A stretch of DNA of 64,000 bases. Source: an uncultured Acidobacteriota bacterium. Lineage in GTDB: Bacteria; Actinomycetota; Acidimicrobiia; Spongiisociales; ZC4RG35. Shown here piece after piece: positions 1 through 8,272 of this stretch. Under the pieces are notes generated by a model, which searched no databases, was not told the DNA's origin, and saw nothing but the letters and a program-made list of their open reading frames with translations. The DNA lies in assembly GCA_963828465.1 (NCBI GenBank), contig CAWHEU010000022.1, positions 128,001 to 192,000 of the forward strand, in the 5' to 3' direction. The translations under genes were made by a program, and so were the position numbers. Position 1 is the stretch's first letter; each line of letters opens with the position of its first letter.

Positions 1-942
1 CATGTACTCGAAGAGATCGTTCTCGCCGAGCAGGTCGGGCTCGAGGTGTATGGCGTGGGGGAGCATCACCGCCCTGACTTTGCCTCCTCCTCGCCTGCGG
101 TGGTGCTCGCGGCCGCTGCCGGGATGACCAGCACGATCCGCCTCACCCCGGCTGTGGTCATCCTGTCTTCAGACGACCCGGTTCGGGTCTTCCAGGATTA
201 CGCCACACTCGACCTGGTGTCGGACGGCCGGGCGGAACTGCTGGTCGGAAGGGGATCGTTCATCGAGTCTTTCCCCCTTTTCGGCTACTCACTCTCCGAC
301 TACGACGAACTGTTTTCCGAGAAGCTCGACCTCCTGCTGGCGATCCGCGATCAGGAGCGGATCACCTGGACTGGCCGATTTCGCTCGCCGCTCCAGGAGC
401 AGGCCATCTACCCCCGGCCCCAACAGGACCCCTTCCCCATCTGGGTGGGGGTCGGAGGGAGCCCGGAATCCATTGTGCGGGCGGCCAGTCGCGGACTTCC
501 GGTCGCCCTCGCCATCATCGGAGGCAACCCGGACCGTTTTGCGTTCTTTGCCGATCTCCATCGCAAGACCCTGGTCGAATCGGGGCACGATCCTGCCGTT
601 GCACCACTGGCCGTTCATGCCCATGGCTATGTCGCCGATAGCGATGATCAGGCGGGCGACGAGTACTACAACGCCTATGCCGTCGCCATGACTCAGCTGG
701 GAAGAGAGCGGGGGTGGGGGCCGATGACGCGCCCTCAGTTCGAGATGATGCGCTCCCCGGAAGGATCGTTGGTGCTGGGCGACGTGGAGACGGTGGCGGC
801 GAAGATCATCCGGATGAGGGAGGTCCTCGGGATCGACCGGTTCATGCTTCACATCAGCGTCGGCACCCTGCCCCACGAGCAGGTGCTCCACGCCATCGAA
901 CTTCTGGGCACCCAGGTGGCCCCGCTGGTGAGGACGTCGTAG
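1..942 (+). CDS. LLM class flavin-dependent oxidoreductase (luciferase-like monooxygenase), 5' end outside window
   Basis: Frame is open from base 1 (HVLEEIVLAEQVGLEVYGVGEHHRPDF). Motifs GEHH, SSPAVVLAAAA, DPVRVFQDYATLD and GRAELLVGRGS. Confidence 0.9.
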   Translation, partial: HVLEEIVLAEQVGLEVYGVGEHHRPDFASSSPAVVLAAAAGMTSTIRLTPAVVILSSDDPVRVFQDYATLDLVSDGRAELLVGRGSFIESFPLFGYSLSDYDELFSEKLDLLLAIRDQERITWTGRFRSPLQEQAIYPRPQQDPFPIWVGVGGSPESIVRAASRGLPVALAIIGGNPDRFAFFADLHRKTLVESGHDPAVAPLAVHAHGYVADSDDQAGDEYYNAYAVAMTQLGRERGWGPMTRPQFEMMRSPEGSLVLGDVETVAAKIIRMREVLGIDRFMLHISVGTLPHEQVLHAIELLGTQVAPLVRTS

Positions 943-945
943 CCC

Positions 946-1236
946 TCAGCCTTCGGTGACCGCCACAGAGTCGAGGATCAGCTCGGCGTAGAAAGCCGGC
1001 CAATGCAGTTCCGGATCCTCGTTCGCCCGGAACTTCTCATCCGCCTCCTGCAGCCACGCCGTGATCTCCTCGACCGTGGGCTCGAAGCCGACGAAGGAGC
1101 CCATATCGGGCTGAAGCCGGATGGCGTACCACTCAGCCCATCGAGGGCTCGGGTCGCTTCCGTGGGACGCGTGGTGTTCCCTCGCCGTCTGAGCGAGGAG
1201 GTGCCGCAATTCTGTCACTTGATTCGGGTCTGCCAT
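946..1236 (-). CDS. hypothetical protein (96 aa) with an internally duplicated helical WxxWYA/WxxFYA unit
   Basis: Clean ORF. TAACCT -10-like hexamer 8 nt before the ATG. Repeats WAEWYA and WPAFYA. Confidence 0.75.
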   Translation of the reverse strand: MADPNQVTELRHLLAQTAREHHASHGSDPSPRWAEWYAIRLQPDMGSFVGFEPTVEEITAWLQEADEKFRANEDPELHWPAFYAELILDSVAVTEG

Positions 1237-1330
1237 GACTCTGGAGGTTAGAAGTTGGCCATTGCTAGCCCTTATCCGATGGGGTCGCGAAGAAGAGAGC
1301 TAAGTCGCGAAAATTCATCTGCGGTTCAAC

Positions 1331-1520
1331 TTGCTCCGTGAAGAAGGGCAGACCTATGGTGGCGGAGCCGACTTGGAGGCAACTCCAGATCGGAGTCGAA
1401 GTGACCGAGAGGTGACTTTGATACCTCGCTGGGAGACCAGTCCTTCGGGGCTGGAGTGCCAGCAAGGTCGAGAACCCCGAGAGGGTGAGGGCTTCGGCCA
1501 GCACTCCCTCGGGGTTTTTC
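1331..1520 (+). ncRNA. candidate structured small RNA of unknown family
   Basis: Five consecutive hairpins; four are capped by GCAA, GAGA, cUUCGg and cUUCGg tetraloops. The last has a U5 tail. It is intergenic and both flanking genes are on the opposite strand. Confidence 0.7.
1473..1519 (+). terminator. intrinsic terminator closing the candidate ncRNA
   Basis: AACCCCGAG (1473-1481) pairs with CTCGGGGTT (1508-1516), with a UUCG apex and a TTTTT run at 1515-1519. Confidence 0.75.
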
Positions 1521-1570
1521 GCGTCACGGGACCCCCACTGATTTGGGCTCATTTGGGTCCGAGGAAGTGT

Positions 1571-2197
1571 TCAGCTCTCGAGTCGCGCTGCGAGTCCCGC
1601 GATGATGATCTCTAGCCCGAATGCGAATTCGGCCCCGAATTCGCACTTGGCGAGGTACGGGGCGAGCGCCGCCACATTGGGGAACACCGAGAGGTCGGGG
1701 ATGTTCGACTCCCACCCGTCCTTGTCCTCACCCCCCGACATCTGCTGAAACGCATACCCCATGGTGTGACTGGCCAGCATCTGCCAGGCGTGGTGCGAGT
1801 CCTCTTCCGAGAAGCCGGCGGCGCGGAAGAGCCCAAGGACTCGGTCCATGAACCGGAGCGAAGACGGCCCATAGATGCCCCGCTGCATCAACAGGTTGAC
1901 CATCCACGGGTGCTCGACGAACTGGTCGAGGGCGGCCAGGGCTGTCTCACGGATCGCGACTCGCCAATCGGAGTCGGCGGCGGGAAGAGGTATGGAACGA
2001 AACACGTGGTCGATCATGCCGTCGAGGATGTCGTCCTTCTTCTCGACGTGGTTGTAGAGCGACATCGCCTCCACCCCGAGCTCGGCTCCGAGCTTTCTCA
2101 TGGAGAGCTCTTCGACCCCGCCGCTGTCAGCCAGGATGACGGCGGCATCGATGATCCGGTCCCGGGTCAGGGGAGTCCTGGTCGTGGTGCTGGTCAT
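1571..2197 (-). CDS. TetR/AcrR family transcriptional regulator (TetR_C-type C-terminus)
   Basis: HTH LSMRKLGAELGVEAMSLYNHV; C-terminal EFAFGLEIII. Divergent from the MMPL gene. Confidence 0.93.
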   Translation of the reverse strand: MTSTTTRTPLTRDRIIDAAVILADSGGVEELSMRKLGAELGVEAMSLYNHVEKKDDILDGMIDHVFRSIPLPAADSDWRVAIRETALAALDQFVEHPWMVNLLMQRGIYGPSSLRFMDRVLGLFRAAGFSEEDSHHAWQMLASHTMGYAFQQMSGGEDKDGWESNIPDLSVFPNVAALAPYLAKCEFGAEFAFGLEIIIAGLAARLES

Positions 2198-2221
2198 TTG
2201 GTCGTGGGCTCCAATGCGGGT

Positions 2222-2255
2222 TTGACTGGCTTACGCCGTATGCTTACAGTGTAAT
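2222..2255 (+). promoter_or_regulatory. sigma70-type promoter of the MMPL gene overlapped by tandem palindromic TetR operators
   Basis: TTGACT (2222-2227), 17 nt, TACAGT (2245-2250). Palindromes CTTACGCCGTATG and CTTACAGTGTAAT. Confidence 0.7.
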
Positions 2256-2291
2256 CGAGATTTCCCCGGTATGCCACGAGGAGCGGAGCAA

Positions 2292-4502
2292 ATGTCATTC
2301 ACCCAAGCGCTGGCCCGAGGCAGCGGCCGACGACCCTGGAGGACGGTGATCATCTGGGTCCTGGCCATGTTGGCGGCCGTGGCACTTACCTCTCAACTGC
2401 TGGGCGATGCGCTCACCAGCTCGATCACCTTCACCGACGAGCCGGAATCGATAACTGCGTCGAACCTGATCGAGGAGGTCAGGGGAGAGCCAACAGACAC
2501 CGAATTCGTGGTGGTGACCTCAGAAGGGATCGACATCTCCGATCCGGTGTATGCCGCCTATGTCACCGAGATCGAATCCACTCTTCTCGGTTTGGGGCCC
2601 GATGTGGTGACGAGTGTCGGCACGTATCTATCCGAGACCGGACCCGTCTCAGAATCCGGCCTGTCGGCCCTCCTTCCCGTCGTGGTCGCCGGTGACGGGG
2701 TCGACGAAACAGGTGTGAATGCGGAGGTGGTGCGGGACACATTGGCGGAGGTCCCGGCGCCAGATGGCTTTCAGGCACTGATGGCAGGCCCGGCGACGTT
2801 GAACAGCGACTTCAACACGATCGCGGAGGAGGATCTCCGAACTGGCGAGACGATCGGCATCGCAGTTGCGCTCGTCGTCCTGGTGCTCGTGTTCGGGTCG
2901 GTGGTGTCCGGAGTGATCCCTGTGATCCTGGGCGTGGTGGCCATTGGCATCGCCATGGGACTGGCGGCGCTATTGGGGCTGTTCATGGACCTGAGCTTCT
3001 TCATCACCAACATGATCACAATGATCGGTCTCGCCGTCGGGATCGACTATTCACTGTTCATTGTCTCCCGCTATCGGGAGGAGCGTCTCCATGGTTTCGA
3101 GAAGCTCGACGCCATCTCGCGCGCCGGCGCCACCGCCACGAGGGCCGTCTTCTTCTCGGGGCTGACCGTGGTCCTGGCCTTGGTTGGTCTGCTGATCCTG
3201 CCCAACACCCTGTTCCGGGCCCTGGGTCTCGGGGCCATTCTCGTGGTTCTCGTGGCCGTGCTCGCCTCGATGACCCTCCTCCCCGCGGTGCTGTCGCTGC
3301 TCGGCGACCGAATCGAGTCGCTCCGGGTTCGACGCCGTCGGACCATGGACGAGCAAGGTCGGATGTGGGATCGAATCACGAAGGTCGTCATGGGCCGGCC
3401 CGTCCTGAGCATCGTGTTTGCCGGAGGCATCCTCCTTCTCGCGGCCTCCAGTTTGTTCTCGATCAACAAGGGCCTGTCCGGCGTGTCGACCCTCCCCGAC
3501 GAGATGGAGTCGAAGCAGGCGTTCGAGATCCTGGCAACCGAGTTCGCCGGAGGATTCACCTCACCGATCGAAGTCGTGGTGACGGGGTCGGACATCCCGG
3601 ACACCCTGGCCAACCTCGAGTCCGACGTGGCTGCTGACGGGGGATTCGGGCCGGCCACCATCGACCCGTTGTCGACAGACGACGTGACCGTCCTGTCGGT
3701 GCAGACTCTTGGTGACGTCAATTCGATCGAGTCGCAGGAGGCGCTGCGGCATTTGCGTGCGGACATCGTCCCCGGAGCGGTCGTTGGCGCGACGGAGGTC
3801 TTCGTGGGAGGCGAGACCGCCATCACCGTGGACTTCCTCGATCAGGTCGACGACTACACCCCGATCGTGTTCACCGTGGTGCTCGGGCTCAGCTTCATCC
3901 TCCTGATGCTTGCCTTCCGCTCGTTGGTCATCCCCGCGAAAGCGATTGCCATGAATCTGCTGTCCGTGGGTGCTGCCTACGGCTTGGTGGTGGCGACGTT
4001 CCAGGCCGACGTAGGTCCGGCTTGGATCAAAGAGTTCGCCGGCTTCCTCGGTTTCGAACAGGTGGAGACCATCGAGGCCTGGCTGCCCTTGTTCCTGTTC
4101 TCGATCCTCTTCGGCCTCTCGATGGACTACCACGTGTTCTTGCTCTCGAGGATCAAGGAGCGATTCGACCAGACCGGGAACAACACCGAGTCGGTGGCTT
4201 ACGGTCTCCGCACCACCGGTGCGCTCATCACGGGAGCGGCAATCATCATGGTGGCTGTATTTGCCGGGTTCGCCGCTGGGCGCTTGGTGATGTTCCAGCA
4301 ATTGGGATTCGGGTTGGCGATCGCAGTCCTCCTCGATGCCACGATCGTTCGCTCGGTCCTGGTGCCGGCATCGATGAAGCTGCTGGGCAATCGGAACTGG
4401 TACTTCCCGTCATGGCTCGAGTGGATCCCGAATATCAGCATCGAAGGTCACATCGACGATGTCGTACCCCAGGCGGACCCGGTCGAGCGCGCGCCTGCCT
4501 GA
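2292..4502 (+). CDS. MMPL family (RND-like) transporter
   Basis: Motifs IGLAVGIDYSLFIVSRYREE and FGLSMDYHVFLLSRIKE; many TM segments. ATG at 2292 follows a GGAG RBS. Confidence 0.95.
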   Translation: MSFTQALARGSGRRPWRTVIIWVLAMLAAVALTSQLLGDALTSSITFTDEPESITASNLIEEVRGEPTDTEFVVVTSEGIDISDPVYAAYVTEIESTLLGLGPDVVTSVGTYLSETGPVSESGLSALLPVVVAGDGVDETGVNAEVVRDTLAEVPAPDGFQALMAGPATLNSDFNTIAEEDLRTGETIGIAVALVVLVLVFGSVVSGVIPVILGVVAIGIAMGLAALLGLFMDLSFFITNMITMIGLAVGIDYSLFIVSRYREERLHGFEKLDAISRAGATATRAVFFSGLTVVLALVGLLILPNTLFRALGLGAILVVLVAVLASMTLLPAVLSLLGDRIESLRVRRRRTMDEQGRMWDRITKVVMGRPVLSIVFAGGILLLAASSLFSINKGLSGVSTLPDEMESKQAFEILATEFAGGFTSPIEVVVTGSDIPDTLANLESDVAADGGFGPATIDPLSTDDVTVLSVQTLGDVNSIESQEALRHLRADIVPGAVVGATEVFVGGETAITVDFLDQVDDYTPIVFTVVLGLSFILLMLAFRSLVIPAKAIAMNLLSVGAAYGLVVATFQADVGPAWIKEFAGFLGFEQVETIEAWLPLFLFSILFGLSMDYHVFLLSRIKERFDQTGNNTESVAYGLRTTGALITGAAIIMVAVFAGFAAGRLVMFQQLGFGLAIAVLLDATIVRSVLVPASMKLLGNRNWYFPSWLEWIPNISIEGHIDDVVPQADPVERAPA

Positions 4503-4511
4503 GCACTACTC

Positions 4512-5153
4512 ATGAATGTGTCGACAATTCCTGACCCTCTGAGCACCGAGCAGGTGCGTCGTCGCTATGACGACATGGCCGGCAATTGGCGGTTGCTCGG
4601 GATCAGCGACACCTTGCTCCTCATCAACCGTCTCCGGCGCAAGCATTTCTCGGGTGCACGCGGTGACGTCCTCGATGTGGGCTGCGGGACAGGGGAGAAC
4701 TTCGAATACTTGAACAGCGCCGCCGAGCTCACGGCCCTCGATATCTCATCGGAGATGATCGAAGAGGCCCGACGCCGACAACGCCAGTTGGGAGCAGACA
4801 TACGGCTCTTGATTGGTGACGCCCAGGGATTGCCGTTCCCGGAGGCCAGGTTCGACACCGTGATCTCGGCGTTCTCTTCATGCACATTCCCCGACTACGC
4901 CGCCGCCTTTCGGGAAATGGTGCGGGTGACCAAGCCCGGCGGCCGGGTCCTCCTTCTCGAGCACGGCCGCTCGTCGGTCGGTTGGATCGCCCGACGTCAG
5001 GATCGGAACATCGAGCGGGTCTATGAGCGGTCGGGTTGTCGCAACAACCGTGACGTTGCTGCCGATCTTGCTGAAGCGGGCCTCGAGCCGGCAACACATG
5101 TCGTGAGCCATCTCGGCATGATGAACCGGATCACCATCGAAGTGGCCTCTTAG
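4512..5153 (+). CDS. class I SAM-dependent methyltransferase
   Basis: VLDVGCGTG motif I; GDAQGLPFPEARFDTV; RVTKPGG. Confidence 0.92.
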   Translation: MNVSTIPDPLSTEQVRRRYDDMAGNWRLLGISDTLLLINRLRRKHFSGARGDVLDVGCGTGENFEYLNSAAELTALDISSEMIEEARRRQRQLGADIRLLIGDAQGLPFPEARFDTVISAFSSCTFPDYAAAFREMVRVTKPGGRVLLLEHGRSSVGWIARRQDRNIERVYERSGCRNNRDVAADLAEAGLEPATHVVSHLGMMNRITIEVAS

Positions 5154-5665
5154 CGAGTATCCAACCGGCGATACCCACTTCGGAAATGGACCATCGGGTC
5201 GTCGAGGTCGGACACCTCGACATGATCGATCAGGCCCACGACGACCCCCGACCACCCGATCTCGTCACGGGACTCGAAACGGCAGAAGGCGCGATTGGGG
5301 AGATCGGTCAGAACAGGGCCCCACTGGCTCTCTTGGACCGCCATGCCGGCGAAGAGCCCACCCGGCGAGGGCGACAATCCGGCGAAGGCATCTGCCATCT
5401 GGCGATCTTCGTATCGGCAGATGTGAATGACGAAATGCCCACTTTCCGCAGCGATATCCCATAGGTCCGTGGTTGGACCGACAACCAGATGAACCTCGGC
5501 CGGCTCGCCTTGAACGACGAGCAAGGAAGAGACGGTGAGCCCGGCTCGACCCGAACCCGACCCGGCGGTGACGATGGTCACTCCCGCGGCGAGCCGGCCC
5601 CTAAACCGGCGGGCCTGCTCCCGGTCTGCCGGATCAGGCTGGAACGGGTGCTCCGAATGGATCAT
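5150..5665 (-). CDS. flavin reductase family protein
   Basis: RRFRGRLAAGVTIVT...GLTVSS and PMVHFRSGY. Leaderless TAGGGT-N6-ATG. Confidence 0.88.
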   Translation of the reverse strand: MIHSEHPFQPDPADREQARRFRGRLAAGVTIVTAGSGSGRAGLTVSSLLVVQGEPAEVHLVVGPTTDLWDIAAESGHFVIHICRYEDRQMADAFAGLSPSPGGLFAGMAVQESQWGPVLTDLPNRAFCRFESRDEIGWSGVVVGLIDHVEVSDLDDPMVHFRSGYRRLDTR

Positions 5666-5714
5666 CCGGGCACCCTAGGGAAATTTGTCACACCTCCCGG
5701 CGATGATCTATCTC

Positions 5715-6770
5715 ATGAACTCGCAGACAATTGCACTCGTCATCGCCATCACCTCTTCAGTAGCCGTAATCGGCCTCATGGTCCTGCTCCTGGTAGCCAG
5801 CAGGCGGCGTTCCCATCCTGAGGGTGTCGGCCCTGATCTTGGGACTCGCTTCGAGGAGCTTCAGATTGCCCTCGCCAGTCGAGAGGGGGCCCTGAGCGCC
5901 CACGTGGCCCAGATTGACTCCAGGCTTGCCGTCCTCCAGGAATCGGTCACAGGGCGTGAGGCCTCCCTCGACGAGCAGGTAAGGGGGATCGGCAGCCAGA
6001 TGAAGGGCATCACCGCCCTGTTCACCAACGATCGAGCCCGCGGCGGATGGGCCGAGATCGGGATGAAGCGGATCTTCGAACACGGTGGGTTGGTCGAGGG
6101 GCGTGACTTCAGCTGTCAGGTGAGCCAGGGCGACCTCCGGCCCGACGCGGTGGTCCATCTCCCTGGTGGTCGGAACATCGTCATCGATGCCAAGTTCCCT
6201 ACCGCCCGGTTCATGGATGCGTTGGCCGAGGAGGATCCCGAGCGCAGAGACAGGCTGATGGCGGAGCAGGGGAAGGACCTGGAGCGCGTTGGGAAGGGCC
6301 TGGCCGCCAAGGGATACAGCGACCTGGCCTCGGGCGGATACGTCGTGATGTACCTGCCATCCCAGGCGGTCTACGAGGCGGCTGCCGAGGCTCATCCCGA
6401 CCTCATCGACCGATTGATGGCGAACCGGGTGATTGTCGCCGGGCCCAGTGCTCTGTACGCCCTATTGCTGAACGTCGGGTCACTTCTCACCGAGTTCCGG
6501 GCCTTGCAGCAGGCCGACCAGATCCTCGATGAAGCCCGCGAGCTGCGGCGCCGGATGAGCGGGTTCGTCGACCATCTCCAGCGGGTCGGAACCGGGTTGA
6601 CCGGAGCGGTTCGGGCCTTCAATTCGGCAGTCGGCTCGTGGGAGAGCCGTCTCTCACCGCAGCTCGATCGGATGAGCGAGCAGAGCGGTGGGAGCGAAAT
6701 CGTCGGCCCGACCCCTATCGAGGAGGCGGTCCGCGAGGTGCAGGAATCGGGTCTGCGGGTGGCCGGGTAG
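5715..6770 (+). CDS. rmuC: DNA recombination protein RmuC
   Basis: N-terminal TM helix and coiled coil; ARGGWAE, RPDAVVHLPGGRNIVIDAKFP and VVMYLPS. Start could be 5703 or 5715. Confidence 0.88.
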   Translation: MNSQTIALVIAITSSVAVIGLMVLLLVASRRRSHPEGVGPDLGTRFEELQIALASREGALSAHVAQIDSRLAVLQESVTGREASLDEQVRGIGSQMKGITALFTNDRARGGWAEIGMKRIFEHGGLVEGRDFSCQVSQGDLRPDAVVHLPGGRNIVIDAKFPTARFMDALAEEDPERRDRLMAEQGKDLERVGKGLAAKGYSDLASGGYVVMYLPSQAVYEAAAEAHPDLIDRLMANRVIVAGPSALYALLLNVGSLLTEFRALQQADQILDEARELRRRMSGFVDHLQRVGTGLTGAVRAFNSAVGSWESRLSPQLDRMSEQSGGSEIVGPTPIEEAVREVQESGLRVAG

Positions 6771-6840
6771 GGGTGCTGACCGAGGGTCCTTGGAGACTGT
6801 CGAAGAATCGGGAACCATATCCCTCGCCGGCGAGTCTGAA

Positions 6841-6866
6841 GTTTGTCGACGGCGGGGCGTGGGTAA
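6841..6866 (+). promoter_or_regulatory. possible SigB/SigF-type promoter
   Basis: GTTT-N16-GGGTAA upstream of the small ORF at 6892. Confidence 0.45.
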
Positions 6867-6891
6867 CGATTCTGCGATACGGGAGTGCTAG

Positions 6892-7077
6892 ATGAGCAGC
6901 GACATTCATCAGATCTCGACCGAGAGAGAGCGACAGTCCGATCTCGAGTTCGCCAGGAAGGCGGTCGAATACCTCGGGAAAAAGGGTCTCGGTCCCGAGG
7001 AGGTCATCGACTACTTGGTGGACGAATTCAACCTCGATCGCGACACCGCCCGAGTCCTGGCGGCAAGAGCCGCCTGA
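6892..7077 (+). CDS. small hypothetical protein (61 aa)
   Basis: GGGAG RBS, amphipathic helical sequence, fills an intergenic gap. Confidence 0.75.
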   Translation: MSSDIHQISTERERQSDLEFARKAVEYLGKKGLGPEEVIDYLVDEFNLDRDTARVLAARAA

Positions 7078-7088
7078 ACCCAAAGGTC

Positions 7089-7478
7089 TCAGAAGCTCAG
7101 TCTCGTGTGACTTCGCGCGCGGAGTCGAGCGGGCGCCACCGTGACATAGGCGTCGACGACGATCTCCTCCAACGCCTCCCAATCGACCTCGACGTCCAGG
7201 TAGCACCCCACCCAGCCCCGTGCCCCGACGTAGGGCGGAATGAAGTAACGGTCCGGGTCGGTGGAGGTCAGGACGTGTTGCGCTCCTTCGGGAGCCGAGC
7301 ACCAGAAAGCGACGCGGTCGTCGTGATGGTGGTCGGCGTAGGTCACGAACTGCCGTTTTCCTCGGATGAACCATGCGGGCTCGCCGTGGCTGACCCGCTC
7401 CTCGACCTCTGGTAGGGACATGCAGAGACGGCGAAGGCGTGACAGATGATCTGCGGTTGGACCCATGCGACTCAGCAC
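7089..7478 (-). CDS. MmcQ/YjbR family DNA-binding-like protein
   Basis: LPEVEERVSHGEPAWF, DHHHDDRVAFW and PPYVGARGWVG. True start may be 7466. Confidence 0.88.
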   Translation of the reverse strand: MLSRMGPTADHLSRLRRLCMSLPEVEERVSHGEPAWFIRGKRQFVTYADHHHDDRVAFWCSAPEGAQHVLTSTDPDRYFIPPYVGARGWVGCYLDVEVDWEALEEIVVDAYVTVAPARLRARSHTRLSF

Positions 7479-7574
7479 TCGACTTTCACGTCACATCGTA
7501 TTTGCGGGGATTCAGTCCAATGCTTGCCGTTTCTTCGCTACCTTCCGATTTCGGCCGTCGGGAAGGAGGAAGGC

Positions 7575-7643
7575 ATGAGCGAGCATCCCAGTACCGCCCT
7601 CGACGCGCAGGCCATCATCGACGTATTCGCCCGCTTCGGCTGA
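7575..7643 (+). CDS. candidate 22-aa small ORF or gene remnant (MSEHPSTALDAQAIIDVFARFG)
   Basis: Strong RBS GGAAGGAGGAAGG directly upstream; TGA at 7641-7643. Confidence 0.4.
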   Translation: MSEHPSTALDAQAIIDVFARFG

Positions 7644-7647
7644 CGTT

Positions 7648-8265
7648 GTGGGGCCGCGATCGGTAATCGGGATGATCACTTTGGCCCTTGTCACCGCCTG
7701 TTCCGGATCGAGCGGAGGAGAGACCGGGACCACGACGTCGGCAGCTACGACAGCAGCTCCGACTGTGGCCACGACGACTACGACCCACCCGACCACAATC
7801 GCAACAACGCCGGCAACAACGACCGCTACGACGATTGGGGCGTCTCCAACGACCACCGCTCCATCCGACGGGCCATCGGGATCGGGCTGCACACCGGGCG
7901 ACGCAGTCGTCCTTCCCGAAGGGGAGTGGTACGGGGTGGTCGTGAGTACCTCGCCGAGCGGGATCGAGTTCGATCTGGCCTGTTGGTTCACGGGTGAAGC
8001 TGCCGTGGTGGCTGCCGCCGAGGATGGCGCTGAGCCTCCGCCGAACGACTACTACGTGCGCAACGAAAATCCCCAGATCCGGTCGCTTTCGGTCTCCGCC
8101 GAGACCGAAGTCATCTGGTACCCCACCGGTGACCCGGCATCAGAAGTCATGGTGACGTTCGCGGACTGGGTCGAAGGCGTGAACTCGAGGGGTCTCTTCT
8201 TTGGCGTGTGGCTCGAGATCATCGACGGCGAGGTGTTCCGCCTTCGGGAACAATGGGTCCCTTGA
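7648..8265 (+). CDS. hypothetical lipoprotein with Thr-rich linker
   Basis: Lipobox-like VTAC, poly-Thr linker, acidic C-terminal domain ending EQWVP. Confidence 0.8.
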   Translation: MGPRSVIGMITLALVTACSGSSGGETGTTTSAATTAAPTVATTTTTHPTTIATTPATTTATTIGASPTTTAPSDGPSGSGCTPGDAVVLPEGEWYGVVVSTSPSGIEFDLACWFTGEAAVVAAAEDGAEPPPNDYYVRNENPQIRSLSVSAETEVIWYPTGDPASEVMVTFADWVEGVNSRGLFFGVWLEIIDGEVFRLREQWVP

Positions 8266-8272
8266 GATCTCG

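Noticed and set aside
1344-1420. Resemblance of GGGCAGACC to the c-di-GMP-I riboswitch
   Set aside because: No GAAA-capped P2 or GACGCAAAG segment, and no downstream gene on that strand.
1265-1615. ORFs 1265-1552 (-) and 1331-1615 (+) over the ncRNA candidate
   Set aside because: No convincing RBS or protein-like composition. The + ORF runs through a terminator into the TetR gene, and RNA structure explains the region better.
7728-7865. ACG/ACC-rich quasi-repeats (also near 14160-14290 and 63700-63840)
   Set aside because: They encode Thr/Ser-rich linkers of surface proteins; not CRISPR or VNTR arrays.
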